A stretch of 64,000 bases of DNA from Lingula anatina (lineage: Eukaryota; Animalia; Brachiopoda). Below are positions 37,801-50,446 of the stretch, one piece after another. Below the pieces are notes generated by a model that saw only the letters and a list, made by a program, of their open reading frames with translations, did not search any database and had not been told where the DNA came from. Position 1 is the stretch's first letter. Each line of letters opens with the position of its first letter. Location of the stretch: assembly GCA_051362555.1 (NCBI GenBank), contig CM120644.1:13042567-13106566 (forward strand). Reading direction: 5' to 3'. The position numbers and the translations under genes were made by a program.

Positions 37801-39684
37801 TAGGTCAATGGTCACAATTAAATACACTTTTATTTTTAACTAAACATTTGTTCTGCAGGTCAGTGATATCCATGTGTTCTGTACTCACACCACCCCTGTT
37901 TTGACTGATGTTTACATAGATGGTGAGTATAGGATCATCATAGGTTAAAGGGATAACAACTGTTCATTTTGGCTAAAAAATGAATTTTCTTGGGGTAAAC
38001 AACAATTTTCCCATTCTTACCAATGGTTAATGAATCCAGTTCTACATTCAAATTTAGTCCATGGTTATTTTCTAGAAAGTTTGCTTTTTGTAATAATCTC
38101 GTAAGCTATAGCCATCTATGGAGGTCACATGATCGGATGACAATCACAAATTTTAGAATAATTGCTTTTTTGCCATTCTTGGTGGTGAAATAAAATATAT
38201 TATATTTCCTTGAGTTGTCTACAATGTTTTTATAGTGAAATAAAGATTCCATACGAAGAGTTGTTATCCCTTTAAGTCGTGCATTTAGGAAAGGGAGCTG
38301 GACGAGGTTGGGGGGTGCATGGCAACTGCCCCCCCCCCCTCCTCTCCGCTGCCACCTTTGCTCAACGTGTTGTTATAAGAAGACCATTCTTGCACAGACT
38401 TCATCATAAAAAAGGAAACTCTTGATGTGGCTAGGAACTGTATACCCACTAAAAATAGACTATTTAATATTACTATCCCCATTTATACTTTTTGGAATGT
38501 CAATTTGAAAGAAAAAGTAAATGCAGGGATCGTGTAACAGCTAAAGAGACAATTGAATTCTTTAGTCTTTTCACACAAGTCAGCGACAGCACATGACGTG
38601 CGCTAAGTAAGTGGGTCAAAATCTAGGACGGGGTAAGGTCTAGAAATCAGTGGAAACTGGACCTGTATCGAATTACCTTGTTTGTATGCTCAGTATGCCT
38701 TGTTTACTAGTACATCTGAACAGACTATGTTTCCTTCACTTCCTAAGTATTTAACTCTCTTTTCATATTGTACTTGGCATCCTCCATCTGGGGTTTAAAT
38801 ATTCATAAGTTGTACTAGTTAGTCAATGAATGAGCAATAATACATTATTTTAAATCCATTTTCCAGGCCGTTTCAGCAGTTACGCTGAGCAGAGTTTATA
38901 CGAACTCGGAACGCTCCTGAACGCCGCAAATCCTGACCTCGAGAGATCTCTTCTTCTTGGAGACTTTAATACTTCTCCGAGTATCCCGGATGCAAACATT
39001 ACGTCACAGCTACCCCTGTCCTATGATCTCTTGGTCCAGAATTACTTTTCCCCTTATTTGGAAACCGTTACGTTATGCACGTTCTGCTATGACAACTGGC
39101 TGACGTATAATTTGTCTAATGTTATTATAGATCACGTGCTTGTACCCAAATCCTGGAGGGACCTAATAATGGCGAAGGTAAATAGAGAGGTTAGCATCTT
39201 ACACGTGTGATTTAAAAGGAGACAGCAGCAAGCACTGCGAACATTGGTCAGAATTAAACACCAGTTATATATCTTTATTTTTGTATGATTTTATTTATTT
39301 ATTTATTTATTTATTTATTTCGCACCCGACTTTGAACAATTCTTCCATTTTGGTTTCTATTTGGTACTTGATACAATAATTTGCAATTGTTAATGAGGAT
39401 TGATTTATGTTCGGGCATGAACAAAATTGTGAGTTTGTGCAAAGTTAAAATTCGATCTGAAACCTGAAAAAAATGGCTCGTCACATATTTAATGCTCATT
39501 TGCAGTCCCCTGAAGCAGAGACACCAAAGTAGATACGAATCGTAAGAAAGTACTTTGTATTGCTAAAATAATCACACTACTTAACCCATTCCAGGCCACG
39601 CCACTGAGAATATTTGATGGAGATGACACTGTGTCGGACCATTACGGCGTAGCTTTGTTCAGCCAAGAAAATCAAGAGGAATAA
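31946..39684 (+). CDS. Secreted Cys-rich EEP-superfamily hydrolase, gene B (~495 aa)
   Basis: Exons 31946-32001, 33271-33690, 34434-34659, 35345-35665, 37859-37922, 38867-39177, 39595-39684; no stops. Signal peptide MRNAPCIIAILWVVLTFG, Lys-rich tract, and motifs TFNV, CLQEVW, THT, GDFN, IDHV, SDHYGV. Confidence 0.92.
33703..33937 (-). mobile_element. Short HINE/Helitron-like element
   Basis: Minus strand starts ttttacctccgccaaggagg, has a (GTTT/GTCT)n microsatellite, an inverted ccttggcggaggt copy, and ends ...ttttctagttgtt. Confidence 0.7.
35714..37376 (-). mobile_element. 1.66-kb Tc1/mariner element with degenerate transposase
   Basis: Perfect ~28-bp TIR cagacttgacatttaatatggaatattt; TA TSD; minus-strand remnants KKDIARQ...KETVRTI and LPWSSKSPYLIHFDNMW; absent from gene A. 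Confidence 0.9.
37949..38271. mobile_element. Kolobok-like MITE (AG...CT ends, TTAA TSD)
   Basis: ttaa-agggataacaact ... agttgttatccct-ttaa; absent from gene A; related fragment at ~57415-57500. Confidence 0.8.
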
Positions 39685-40836
39685 ATGAGAGCTCTCTCGA
39701 CATATCATTACATTTACTGGACATTGCATCGCCAGCCTGCTCGGTAAAACGACTGATGAATCAAGCCAGGGAGTGTGCAATCCTTCTTTATATATGCAGT
39801 CTGAATAGGCACACGGCCGATGGCAGCTTTCCCCAAATACGCCAGGACATGCCGCTTTTGCTTAATAAAGAAAACCCTTATGTAACATTACCAGTTTTTA
39901 TGCTGAATTGTTCAGCAAGGGTGTAGCTACATACATTTACGCAAGTTCTTTGATCGGGGAGAAACTTTGAACAGACTTTGACATGCCAGATCTAAACTTG
40001 TAAAACAAAATTCATAGAGTCATGTCTATAGCAGAGGGATCAAGGGGCATCTATTAAAATTTGGTATTTCAAAAGCACAGCTAACTCTACTTATTACTGT
40101 TTTCAAAATTGTCCTCAGGCAGTGATTTACGTCAATTGTTTTCCTCCATGGCAGTACTTCTATACCAGACGGTGACAGAAAATGTCAATACATCGCAAAT
40201 TAATTACCACCTGGCAAAACAATACGAACAGGGTTGACAAATAAGCACCTCACACGCTGCAGAAATACGTCCCCCGCTGAACTTTAAAAACATGTTTTCT
40301 AGATTGCATTGCATTTTTCAAGGTCATTTGACACACGCATGTATTCACTCAGTAAAAGTAAATATTTGACCATTGTTTTTGTCGCGCGGGAATTGGTTTC
40401 TGATGACCCTCTCTCCCAATATCTACATTTTGTCTATTTAACATTGATCTCAATTTCCTTTTTTTAAATCTTTTTTTAACGCGTTATACAGAGCGAACAC
40501 AGTAGCTAAATGGGTCAACGTTTTGGCCATCGCATGGGAACCACTATTAATGTCAGCCACGGGTAATTTGTGCTTCACCCAAGCGGCTGTACATCATATG
40601 TACCCATTTCAACCTAGCACGACCTCAGATACTACTTTGGTTGAAAAAACTTGAAATGCCCTGTCCACATTCACCACCGTTGTAGCCCCAAAACTCTGAG
40701 ACTAATTTTTAAGTAGTGGACTCTTTGCTATCACCCGTGGAGATAAAAGCGCTTCTTTCATGAGAACGGTTGTGAATGCGGACTGTACTTGGGTCATGCA
40801 GTGCACTTTTTAAGGCATTTATTATGCTGTGCTCAT

Positions 40837-40926
40837 ATATATATATATATATATATATATAGCCGGTCAGACCCGAAACTCTGTAGAGATCATACTGCGC
40901 ACTGGCAGTGCAGGACAAAAGAACTG
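40837..40926 (+). promoter_or_regulatory. Putative promoter (TA)n and non-coding first exon of Cys-peptide gene 1
   Basis: A (TA)n run is followed by a short segment ending in a strong donor CTG|GTAAGT at 40926. Matching acceptor ttctttgcag at 41577 precedes ATG 41614. Confidence 0.5.
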
Positions 40927-41613
40927 GTAAGTGACTGATATTTACCGTTTCGATATGTATATATTGCTTTATTTCAAGGTTGGAACCAATATCTTAACAA
41001 GAAATTCCGTAACAAAAGGTGTTTCATCCTTATGCGTATTTGTCTCGTGTAATTGAATATGCGATTGTGGATAAATAGATATAAAGAGAAAAATATTAGA
41101 AATGTTAATAGCGATAACAGAATCTGAGCAAGGTGATTACTTATTTTGAAGGTTTTCCCGTTTTCATATTTTGATCTGTCCTCAAGAGTAACATGGAACC
41201 GATCTTAAAAATGTTCATCATTATATGCACATGTATGAGTTTTAGACAAAATAATTTATTTTAATTATGAAGATGGAACTGCAGTTAAAATGCTTCTGAT
41301 ATCATCACAATATAATTAGTACATTCCTAAATATTTGTGATCTCGTCTGCCTTTTACATATTAATCTACAGTACCAAATGTGAACATTTTGACTATGAAA
41401 ATCAAACAATGCATCCTTTACAAGGCGCCATCATTATGGATTAAATAGATGGTGTGAGCTTCGGTGAGCTTAAAACTCCAACTGGCTGAATCAATAAAAA
41501 TATCCACCTTCATTTTACATTGTTCAATATGCGTAATGAGGTATTTTGAAACGATTACCTTTTTTCATTCTTTGCAGTGTATATTCGAACAGAAGCAATA
41601 AGTGGGGCGCAAT

Positions 41614-42368
41614 ATGAAGACCTTTTTGATACTATTGGTGGTCTTTGTGACCATTACACTCGTTAATGTGGAAAGTACAAGTGTCGAGACCAACAGGTGT
41701 GTATTTGTGACATTTATTTGTAATTAAGGATGGTTTTAACATTGTTAAGTGCTCCCGAAAGAACGGATGTCTCAACATGTCTATTAGAATATTTTCCAAA
41801 ACCGTAAGACTTTTAAAATCTTTGTGAAGACGAATGCATAGTTTTGCTGACAAAATACATTTATGTGTAACAGTACATGCAAGTAACAGTGTTAGAAAGT
41901 GGCATTCATCTTTTTTTTTCTTTTGATAATGTGACCCAATGACATTGTCCGTTCTGATACCATAAAAACAATGGAAATATGAGATAATGTGAATATATAA
42001 AACCTATAACAAAACGGTCGGCATGTCTGTGAATGGTGAATTTGTACTGATGTGAAGTAGTCTGTAATTCGACAGAACTTCATAAGTACATGTTACAACC
42101 AGAACAAATGAACGTGGATGCATTCTTTATTCGTTACCACATTTGCCAGTCTGCCATTATTGCTTGTCCACTCTCCTCATTAATCCCACGAAATCTCGTT
42201 GACTGTGTGTTATCTTGGGTGATTTAAAGTATCATTTTTGTCACATTTAGGTTGGCAGTGAAGCCCTTGAATTCAAATTCTAACTTTGAGATATTCCTGA
42301 GAAGCCGTCGCAGACGAGCATGCCCTTGCAACGGACAGTGTGGGACCTGTTACTGCTGCCTCTCGTGA
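41614..42368 (+). CDS. Small secreted Cys-rich prepropeptide 1 (66 aa; predicted mature ACPCNGQCGTCYCCLS)
   Basis: Exons 41614-41696 and 42251-42368 (phase 2): MKTFLILLVVFVTITLVNVESTSVETNRLAVKPLNSNSNFEIFLRSRRRR-ACPCNGQCGTCYCCLS*. AATAAA at ~42535 and ~42555. Confidence 0.85.
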
Positions 42369-43275
42369 CAGGTGAAGACGAGGGAACGAAACATCTAACC
42401 TGTGCCGTCACATGTGCACGTCAAGTGAATGTTATTGTAGGCAATCGATCTTCTGAGGTGCAAAAACTTTCTATGTTGAACTTAAACTATCAAAATATTA
42501 ATTTTCAATATTCTCAGAATATTTTTGTGCGAAAAAATAAACCATATTGAATTGAATAAAACAACCAAATTAAATGTCTGTTTCTTTTTTATTCTGTTTG
42601 AACATGTCACATGACATGGGCAAGTTTCAAGAAGCTGTCGTTAGTTATAACAAGTAACGACAGAACTACCTGGCTAGCGAGAAGACTTAATATATTTATA
42701 AATTTAAAATTATATGAGTTTTATTGGCCCATAACAGGACCGGGTTGAGTTGAGAAACCTTTGTTAACATTTTTTCTAACCTAAGTCGTTCGTTCACTGG
42801 ACTTTAATAAGGTTGACAAAGAGTCAGCTAACACGCTGCAGACATAACGACTCCAGCTGAATCCTGACAAACGTTTGTATTACTGATTTACATATAAGGT
42901 CATTCAAAACACGCATACATGCACTTTTAGTATTAAGTTAATTTTTCTTTAATTGGTTCTTTGATTGCAATAAGAAACACTTCAAATTTCAAGAATTAGG
43001 TTTTGCGTTTATCATAATAAGGCGATTCTGAATGCGGTCTGCTCTAAGCTCAGGCAATGTCTTTTTTAAAGGCACTTATTATGTTGAGTTCATAACCAGT
43101 CAGACCCGAGACTTTTTAGAGATTTCACTGCACATTGGCCGTGCAGGGCAAAATAAATGGATAGTTTCGCTGACAAAAATATGTTTAATAGTACATGTAA
43201 GTGACAGTGCATCAAAGTGACATTTAACTATTTTCGTCCATTATGATAGCCTAATGAAAAAACGTTATACAAGTA

Positions 43276-44238
43276 GGCCCTGTTTCATCAAGGCTGGATA
43301 GGCTATCCTATGGATAACACTATCCAAGGTATAAATTTCTTATCCTCTGTATAGTTATCCTCTGTATAAATTCGTGTTTCACAAAGGCTGGATAAACAGC
43401 ATGATAGTAATCCAGTGGATAAAAGATTATCCAATACCATATTTAGAAAAAGACATTCCCATAATGCAGTTGGTTGCTATATACATTATAAAAGCCATGA
43501 TAGTTGCTAACAAAAAAAGTGATTTATAGCATATTTGGAAAATAAATTACCCATGATTAACAATATTCTAAGTATATTTCAAGATGGTACATTCATTAAA
43601 ATAATGGGACTAATATATACAGCATATTTTAGTGTCAGTGTCAAAAACACATCACATTGCATTAGTTGTGCCTCATGCTATGTTTACAATTTGAAGGGCG
43701 AGGGTTGAAGGGCAAGGTCGTGACATACTTTCTAACAAAATGGCTGACTTGGCAAGTTTGGCAGATTATGTCAATAGCAGTGTAGAGTTTTTTCGTCGAT
43801 TTAAAAGGTATGTTTTAGTAAAATAAAAGATAATTGGTCTCTCATGGAGATTGCATGGGTTCTGTTCGTAGCAGGCGCGCTGTCAACTTTGATCAAGTCT
43901 GTTATGTAATCTATTGTTTCAGCATCACTCAAAGAATTAAAAGCAAACACACACATCTTTTAAAATTCTCTTTCTAATTATTCTCCGCCTGTGAAATCTC
44001 ACAGGATTTACTGCCAAACCAAGCAGGTTAGTCATTTTTGATGATTTAACAGCATGATAGCAGATTTATCCCGCCTATTTCGAGCGGACAACCTTACCCT
44101 CTGGATAAGCTGATTTATCCCCGGGATAACGCTATCCACTGTTGATGAAACGCACTATCCTCTGGATAGCTCTATCCAGAGGAGAGCGGCCATTTTTATC
44201 CATAGGATAGCGCTATCCAGCCTTGATGAAACCGGGCC
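43276..44238. mobile_element. 963-bp PIF/Harbinger-type non-autonomous element
   Basis: TIR ggccctgtttcatcaaggctggatag / ctatccagccttgatgaaaccgggcc; 3-bp TSD GTA; many ctatcc/ggatag subterminal repeats. Confidence 0.9.
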
Positions 44239-44240
44239 GT

Positions 44241-44865
44241 AACCTATAACAAATCTGTAGGCAAGTCTTAGAATGGTGAATTCGTACCGTTGTGCAATAT
44301 ACTGTAGTCCGTAATTCGACAGAACTAAAGATGTAACAACCAGAAAAATGAACGTGGATAAATTCTGTATACTTTTATTCGTTACCACATTCGTTTGTCT
44401 ACCATTATTTCTGGCCCCACTCTTCTCCAAAATCCCACGAATTTCTTGTTTGACTTTCCGCTAGGTCGCAAGACTTCGGATTATCTCGGGTGATTTAATG
44501 TTTTTTGGATCACAATAAGGTTGGCAGCAAAGCCGTTGGCAGTCGAGCATGCCCTTGCATCAGCCTATGTGGATCCTGTTTGTGCTGCATTTCGTGACAG
44601 GTCAAGACGAGGGAAGGAAACACTTAAATTGTGCTGTCACATGTGCAAGTCAAGTGAATTGTTATTTTATGCTATGAATCTGCTGAGGTGAAAACAGTTT
44701 CTATATTGCAAACTATCAACATATTAATTTTCAATATTAAAAGAATAGTTTTGTGCACAAAAATTAAACCTCGTGAATCGTATAAAACAATCAAATTTAT
44801 TGTCTGTTTCTTTTCTGTTTGAACATGTCACAGGCCAGAGGTTTCAGGAAGCATTCGTTAGTTAG
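44241..44865 (+). pseudogene. Duplicate of 42001-42650 carrying a frameshifted last exon of the Cys-peptide gene (ACPCISLCGSCLCCIS*)
   Basis: Colinear with the intron, last exon and 3' UTR of gene 1. A 40-nt deletion removes the pro-region and furin site; no separate signal-peptide exon found. Confidence 0.8.
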
Positions 44866-46005
44866 CGATCGGTCGTTATATAGCATCTCGTTAGTTATGA
44901 GTGCTGTTTCACGAAACTCTCTAATTATCTCGTTCTTTATTGTCCCGTTGTTGCCATGGATATTTAGCGAATGGGTCAGACCTTAATTTATCTTATCCAG
45001 TTACTAACTGGACAAGGCCAAATCCCAATTGGGGCCTGATCTAGGCCAGATCCATATTCGGTTTTTGCATTGTTAGCAGTTAAATGAGCATGTTTATGGG
45101 CTAAGTAATTATTTTTTGTCTTTTTGATTTGTCCAAGATGGCGGTATATGACGACGTGCATCATAATACCCCCGTGTCTATATGTCCCTAGGTGGGTGTC
45201 ATACTCAATAGTATTTATAGCACTACTGATACGCAATTATGGCATTAGCTGGGTAAGTGCTGCCTGTGACATTTAAAATGCAATTCATTCACCTAGCTGT
45301 TGAGAAAAGCGTGACGGTCAAGTTATAAAAACCTTGTTAAAAACAGGCGTCTCATGGGTGACATGAATAGTATTTCAGTGAGCAGATAGACACTCCTTTT
45401 TGGGCCAAATAGTTATACACTTGTTTGGATTAAGTATTAGATACCGCTCAAACAAGATTGCATTAGCAACAAAACGCATGCCTTATGTATTTTTCTTGTT
45501 CAGCCTATGTGAGAAAACAAAAAGACAAAACACATGAACAAAAGGAAGAATAAGTCATCATTGATTTAGGACATTCAAAACTTTATTTAAAATTACCTTC
45601 ATTCAAAACGTCGTCTGTTGCACAGGGAACGTACAGTGAGGGCACATAAATTGCTTATTGGACACCGCTCGTAGTTCTATAGGGAAAGTCTAGATTTGGA
45701 CGTTCAAAGGAGGCACATGGATCGCCGGGGCATTTGCACAGAGGCACAATTTTCATGATTCGGCAACCACCGAGCGCTTAGATATATTTTTGGTCGTTGA
45801 AGGGACTCACTGTCTCTTTTAATCAATTCAGCCCGCCATGTTGTGACACTTGTAGAAAGTGAGGCCAGTTTCCGAGACCAGTTTCAAAAGTAAATTAAAT
45901 AAGAGTCGCTAGTCGTTACATAACAGGAAAATCAATCCTATGGGTAGCATCATTTTAGTACGGGGTGTTTGATAATTTAGAATTTAAAAGAAATATGTAA
46001 AGCAA

Positions 46006-46310
46006 CCTACAGGGCAAATTAAGTTGTTTTAACGTTGAAACAACGTTGAACCTTAACGTTGATAAGACATTGGATAAACGTTGGATTTGAAAGTTGGATC
46101 AACGTCAGATAACAATGTTGTATCAACGTCAGATAACAACATTGTATCAACCCCAGTTGTTAGACAACACTCTTGCATGCAAAGACAATAAAATGACCTG
46201 AAATGTTTTTTTTATTTTCGGTACAAAACACAGGTACACAATTATAACGTACACTGTAAAAACATCCAAGTGCCTGCTTTGTCTGATTTTTTTCAACGCA
46301 TTTAGCTCCT
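46006..46310 (+). mobile_element. Second copy of the 17746-18050 transposon end fragment
   Basis: High sequence similarity. Confidence 0.7.
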
Positions 46311-48551
46311 TAGTATGTTTTGCACCTAAGCATGGTACACCCTTTTAGACTGGATGTGTTTAGCAGTAGGACGTGTTTGATGGCTAAATATATGTAGGGT
46401 ATATATGTATGGCCTTTAAGTTAGGATTTCCAAGGTTTATATATATATATATATATATAAGAACACACACACACACACACACATAGCAAAGTCACAGTCA
46501 CCTCAACCTGTCTATCTATAACAGGGTACCAAGAATTGTCAACTTTGTTAACTTCACTCCATCACTTTTACAGCGACTTATTCATCCTAGTGTTAGCTGA
46601 CCTTGCAAGGAAGTTTATTGGAATGTATTTCTGAATAACATGTTAAGAAAATTCACTAGTTCACTAAAGAAAATTCACTAAAAAATTCAGTAGTTCACTA
46701 AAGCAACTTAGTGGGATGGCGTAGGGTCAGAAAATGGCAAAATAGTAACAAGAAGGATAAAATCACGGTCCATAAATATTCAAAATGGCTGCCAATTTAT
46801 GGAAACACACCAGTTTTACGTTCATTTGTATGATATAATGTATGGCAACTGGCAGCCATGTTAGTTTTTCTCATAATAGTACTGAAGGATACATATACTT
46901 TCTACACACTATAAATCTAAAGCATAAGGGTAATAAGGATATGGCACATGACAGCGGCCGTCGTGGATTTTCTTAAAATTCCCAAGATTGCACGTAGTAC
47001 TGTTACTCCCCACATACATATATTATTTAATTAGTCCTAGGATTTTTAATAAGTTCTAGGATACATGGTTGCTATCTGCTAGATATGTATTATATTGGTC
47101 GAAAGGGTATGGAAAACACAGAGTAAAATTTTATTCACTTTATTTGATAAAAAAATAATAAAGATATTTGTCCATAGAATTCCATAAAGTGGCAGCTATT
47201 TTGGATTCTTTGACAAAACGATGATTTTTTTCAGAGGACAACGCCCCTAATCTGATTAAGATGTCAAAAGGTACCCACATCCAAAATCGGTGCTTTTATC
47301 CGGCGTGTCTCGATTTTTTGCATTACGTTAACAATGAATCAACACCTTTTAGAGGAATGGATAAATATCTTTCGGAGAAGAAATGCAAGGACGAAACACT
47401 ACTACCAGTATATTATTGATTTCAGAATGTCAACCTAAAATTAACCATTTATTCTGTGTGTTTCCTTTTAGATTGCTTCAGTGCAAAATGTAGCGTTAAT
47501 TAAGTATCCCTTCAATGATAGGAAAGGAAGTACAAATTGGAAATGGTGCCTGGTAAAATACAAATGATATTTGTTAAATAAAACAGGTCCAGGATTCGAT
47601 TATTACTTCAGTACTTTGTAACCTCGCCAGCGGAAATATATTTATGTGGTCATTTTGATAACGAAACGAGCACTTGATTGGCTTAATTACATGAAAATGG
47701 GTAAATTTATATTACATTAATCACGAATAAACACTTAATCTAAGATATGGACAAATATTGATCTCTTGAACAGGAAATGAAACAACAAAACACTACTTCC
47801 AATATATAATTGATTGCAGTATGTCAATCTATAATGATATTTTTTCTATATGTTTCCGTTTAGAGTATTTGTTTTAATGCAAAATACAACGTTTATCAAG
47901 CGTCCTTCCAATTATAGGAAACGAAGTACAAATAATGCTAGTAAAATGCAACTTTCATTTGAAAATTACGGTACTACATTGAATACATCTGTGAGGGTAC
48001 TATCCGTGTCCACGGAGATCACATACATTGTACACCGTAATGTACACAAGTTGCCCTGATGACACGAAATGGCAGTACTGAAATTTTATGTTTCTGTGCA
48101 TTTACAACACGTTTGGTCTAATAGTGATTTCCCAATTTCTCGTTTCTCTATCTGTTTGTTAAATTTCAATGAAATTGCCCAAACCGCTGCTTTATATTAT
48201 TGTCTCTGTAACAGTCAGATTTTGATAAAGTAGCAGATGTGTGGCATATGTTGACTGATGTATTGATGAAGTACGCAATGTCATTTTCAAATTATTTGCT
48301 ATACATGAATAACAACATTCTTGCAACAATCCGCAGTCTTTTACCAAGTTGATATTTGATCTCAAGTTGATATGGGACAACAATGCAGAGACTATATGTT
48401 ACCGCATTCAACTTTATTCAAAGAGCACGCAATACACATAAAATTTCGAGAAAGATTCTAAAATTCGAGCTCATTCATCTCTTGTTTGAACAAAAGCTAT
48501 AGCGGTTTCCATCTTGTATGCAATGGTGCAAGCACGAAGAAGCATGTCTTT

Positions 48552-48884
48552 CTACGCTAAGCAGCACTTGCACCACGAATGACAAGTAAGGCAACACGAT
48601 CGACGGAATCGCTGCAGGAATTCTGAGATGCTAGTTATCTTCTGGTTTCCTGCCGACCTTCATGTAAAGAAAAACTAAATACTATGGAGGAAAATAGGTA
48701 AAACTAATACAAAAAATTCAAAGACAATCCTTACTTTTTTATTATTATTTCTGAGCTTGATTCATTTGAGAGATGAAAATGTTTGTCTGATGTACCTTTC
48801 AACATCGGATTCGATCATTCCACTTTCAGGGGTCACGGCGGCAATGGCAACGAAGACAAGCAAAAGTAATAAATACGCCTTCAT
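48552..48884 (-). CDS. Small secreted Cys-rich prepropeptide 2 (64 aa; predicted mature SCCLTCHSWCKCCLA)
   Basis: Exons 48884-48796 and 48657-48552 (phase 2): MKAYLLLLLVFVAIAAVTPESGMIESDVERSAGNQKITSISEFLQRFRR-SCCLTCHSWCKCCLA*. Acceptor at 48921 upstream of the ATG; minus-strand AATAAA at ~48413-48418. Confidence 0.85.
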
Positions 48885-50137
48885 TCTATGTTTCAGCTCT
48901 TGTTCACGTCAAAATATCCACTAAAAGATAAGGGAGACTTTGTGTCAGAAATTAAGATTCGAAAACCATTGTGTTAAAGATGCATACAAAGTCAATTTTT
49001 TGTCACAAAAACCAACCAAATGCCAGCATATAGTTTCAAGTAGTATAACTAAGAGAATAACCAAAAGGCATTGTTTAATTTTACCCCAAAATGATGTTTG
49101 AACAGATTTTTCTGCTGGCATTCTAAGCTGTTTGTCAATGGGAAAGGAAAGTAGGTCACGGGAGTAGGTTAAATTTACAACCATAAATTTAAAGAAAGGA
49201 GCAGTCTAAAGGTCTTTTATGGCTGATCGAGTGATCTATTCAGTTTATCCCTTGGCATGTCAAATTTATTTGAGTCATATAAGAATCTAGTAGAAGTGGT
49301 TTACATGTGTTACTGGGAATCCACGCTCCACCGATGCTCGGTTCGTATGTACCTTTAACATAGCAAAAGATACCAACGGATTTTAAATATATGTGTCTTT
49401 AAATGTGTTCGTCTTTCGATCACGGCAACTGGTTATTTTTAAATTCTGGATAAAAAACCAAGCATTAAGAGACAAAAATAGCATTTAAAGATGTCTTTGA
49501 AGTCACTCTTTGCTATAAAAGACTATAGTAGTGTAACTTAGAAAAATTCCAAAAGACCTCGTTTCATTTGTCACCCGAAAAATGACATTTAGGATAATTG
49601 CTGCTTGCTTTCTGTGCTGTATATAACCGGGACAGATGCGTAGGTCAATCTACGACCAGAAATTTGAAGAAAGTGGAGTTTTAAATCTTTTTATGGCTAA
49701 TCGAGTGACGCATTCGGGTTATCCATTGGCATGTCAACTTTATTTGAGTCGTATAAGAAACTGTGCTCCAATATGTTACTGGAGAACCCATCTCGTTTTT
49801 ATGTAACTTTTAGAGAATCCAGAGTTAAATTTAAGGGCCCTGTCCTTGTTTATTTCAGTCCGAAATATTACCAGTGACCCCAAATCAATAAAGTATCTCA
49901 TCTTGTTCACTTAACCAGGTTTGTTTTTATAACATTCCAACTCTGCAAAAATTGTATTTGATTGCACTTCCATTATTGTTGTCATATATCCTTTATACTT
50001 TACTTTTACCCTGGATATCAAAAGTACTTGATATTAATCAGCCTCTGTGAATAAATTAATTGAGAGAGAAAGAGAGAAGGAGATAGATAGATAATACAAA
50101 CGGTATACAACAAGTCAAGGGAAACCTTCCAATGCAG

Positions 50138-50446
50138 GGCCCAGTTTAGCACTAACCAGTGTTTAACTCTAACCAGTGGATAAATTCCCCTAAACCCCGT
50201 TAACTAAATGACGGATGAAATTGTGTTTCATAAACAGTGTTTAAACAGTCTGTTAGTTAACTGACCTTTAAATAATTATTTTATCCAGTTAAACACTGGC
50301 CAGTTAACTAATTGGCTGTTTTTAGTCAGAACACTGTATATGAAACACATTTTAACCATCTTTTAGTTAATGGGTGTTAGGAGAATTTATCCACTGGTTA
50401 GGCTTATCCACTGGTTAGTGCTAAACGTCCTTTATAAAACTGGGCC
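50138..50446. mobile_element. Harbinger-type foldback MITE
   Basis: ggcccagttt...tagcactaaccagtg mirrored by cactggttagtgcta...aaactgggcc; 3-bp TSD CAG. Confidence 0.85.
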
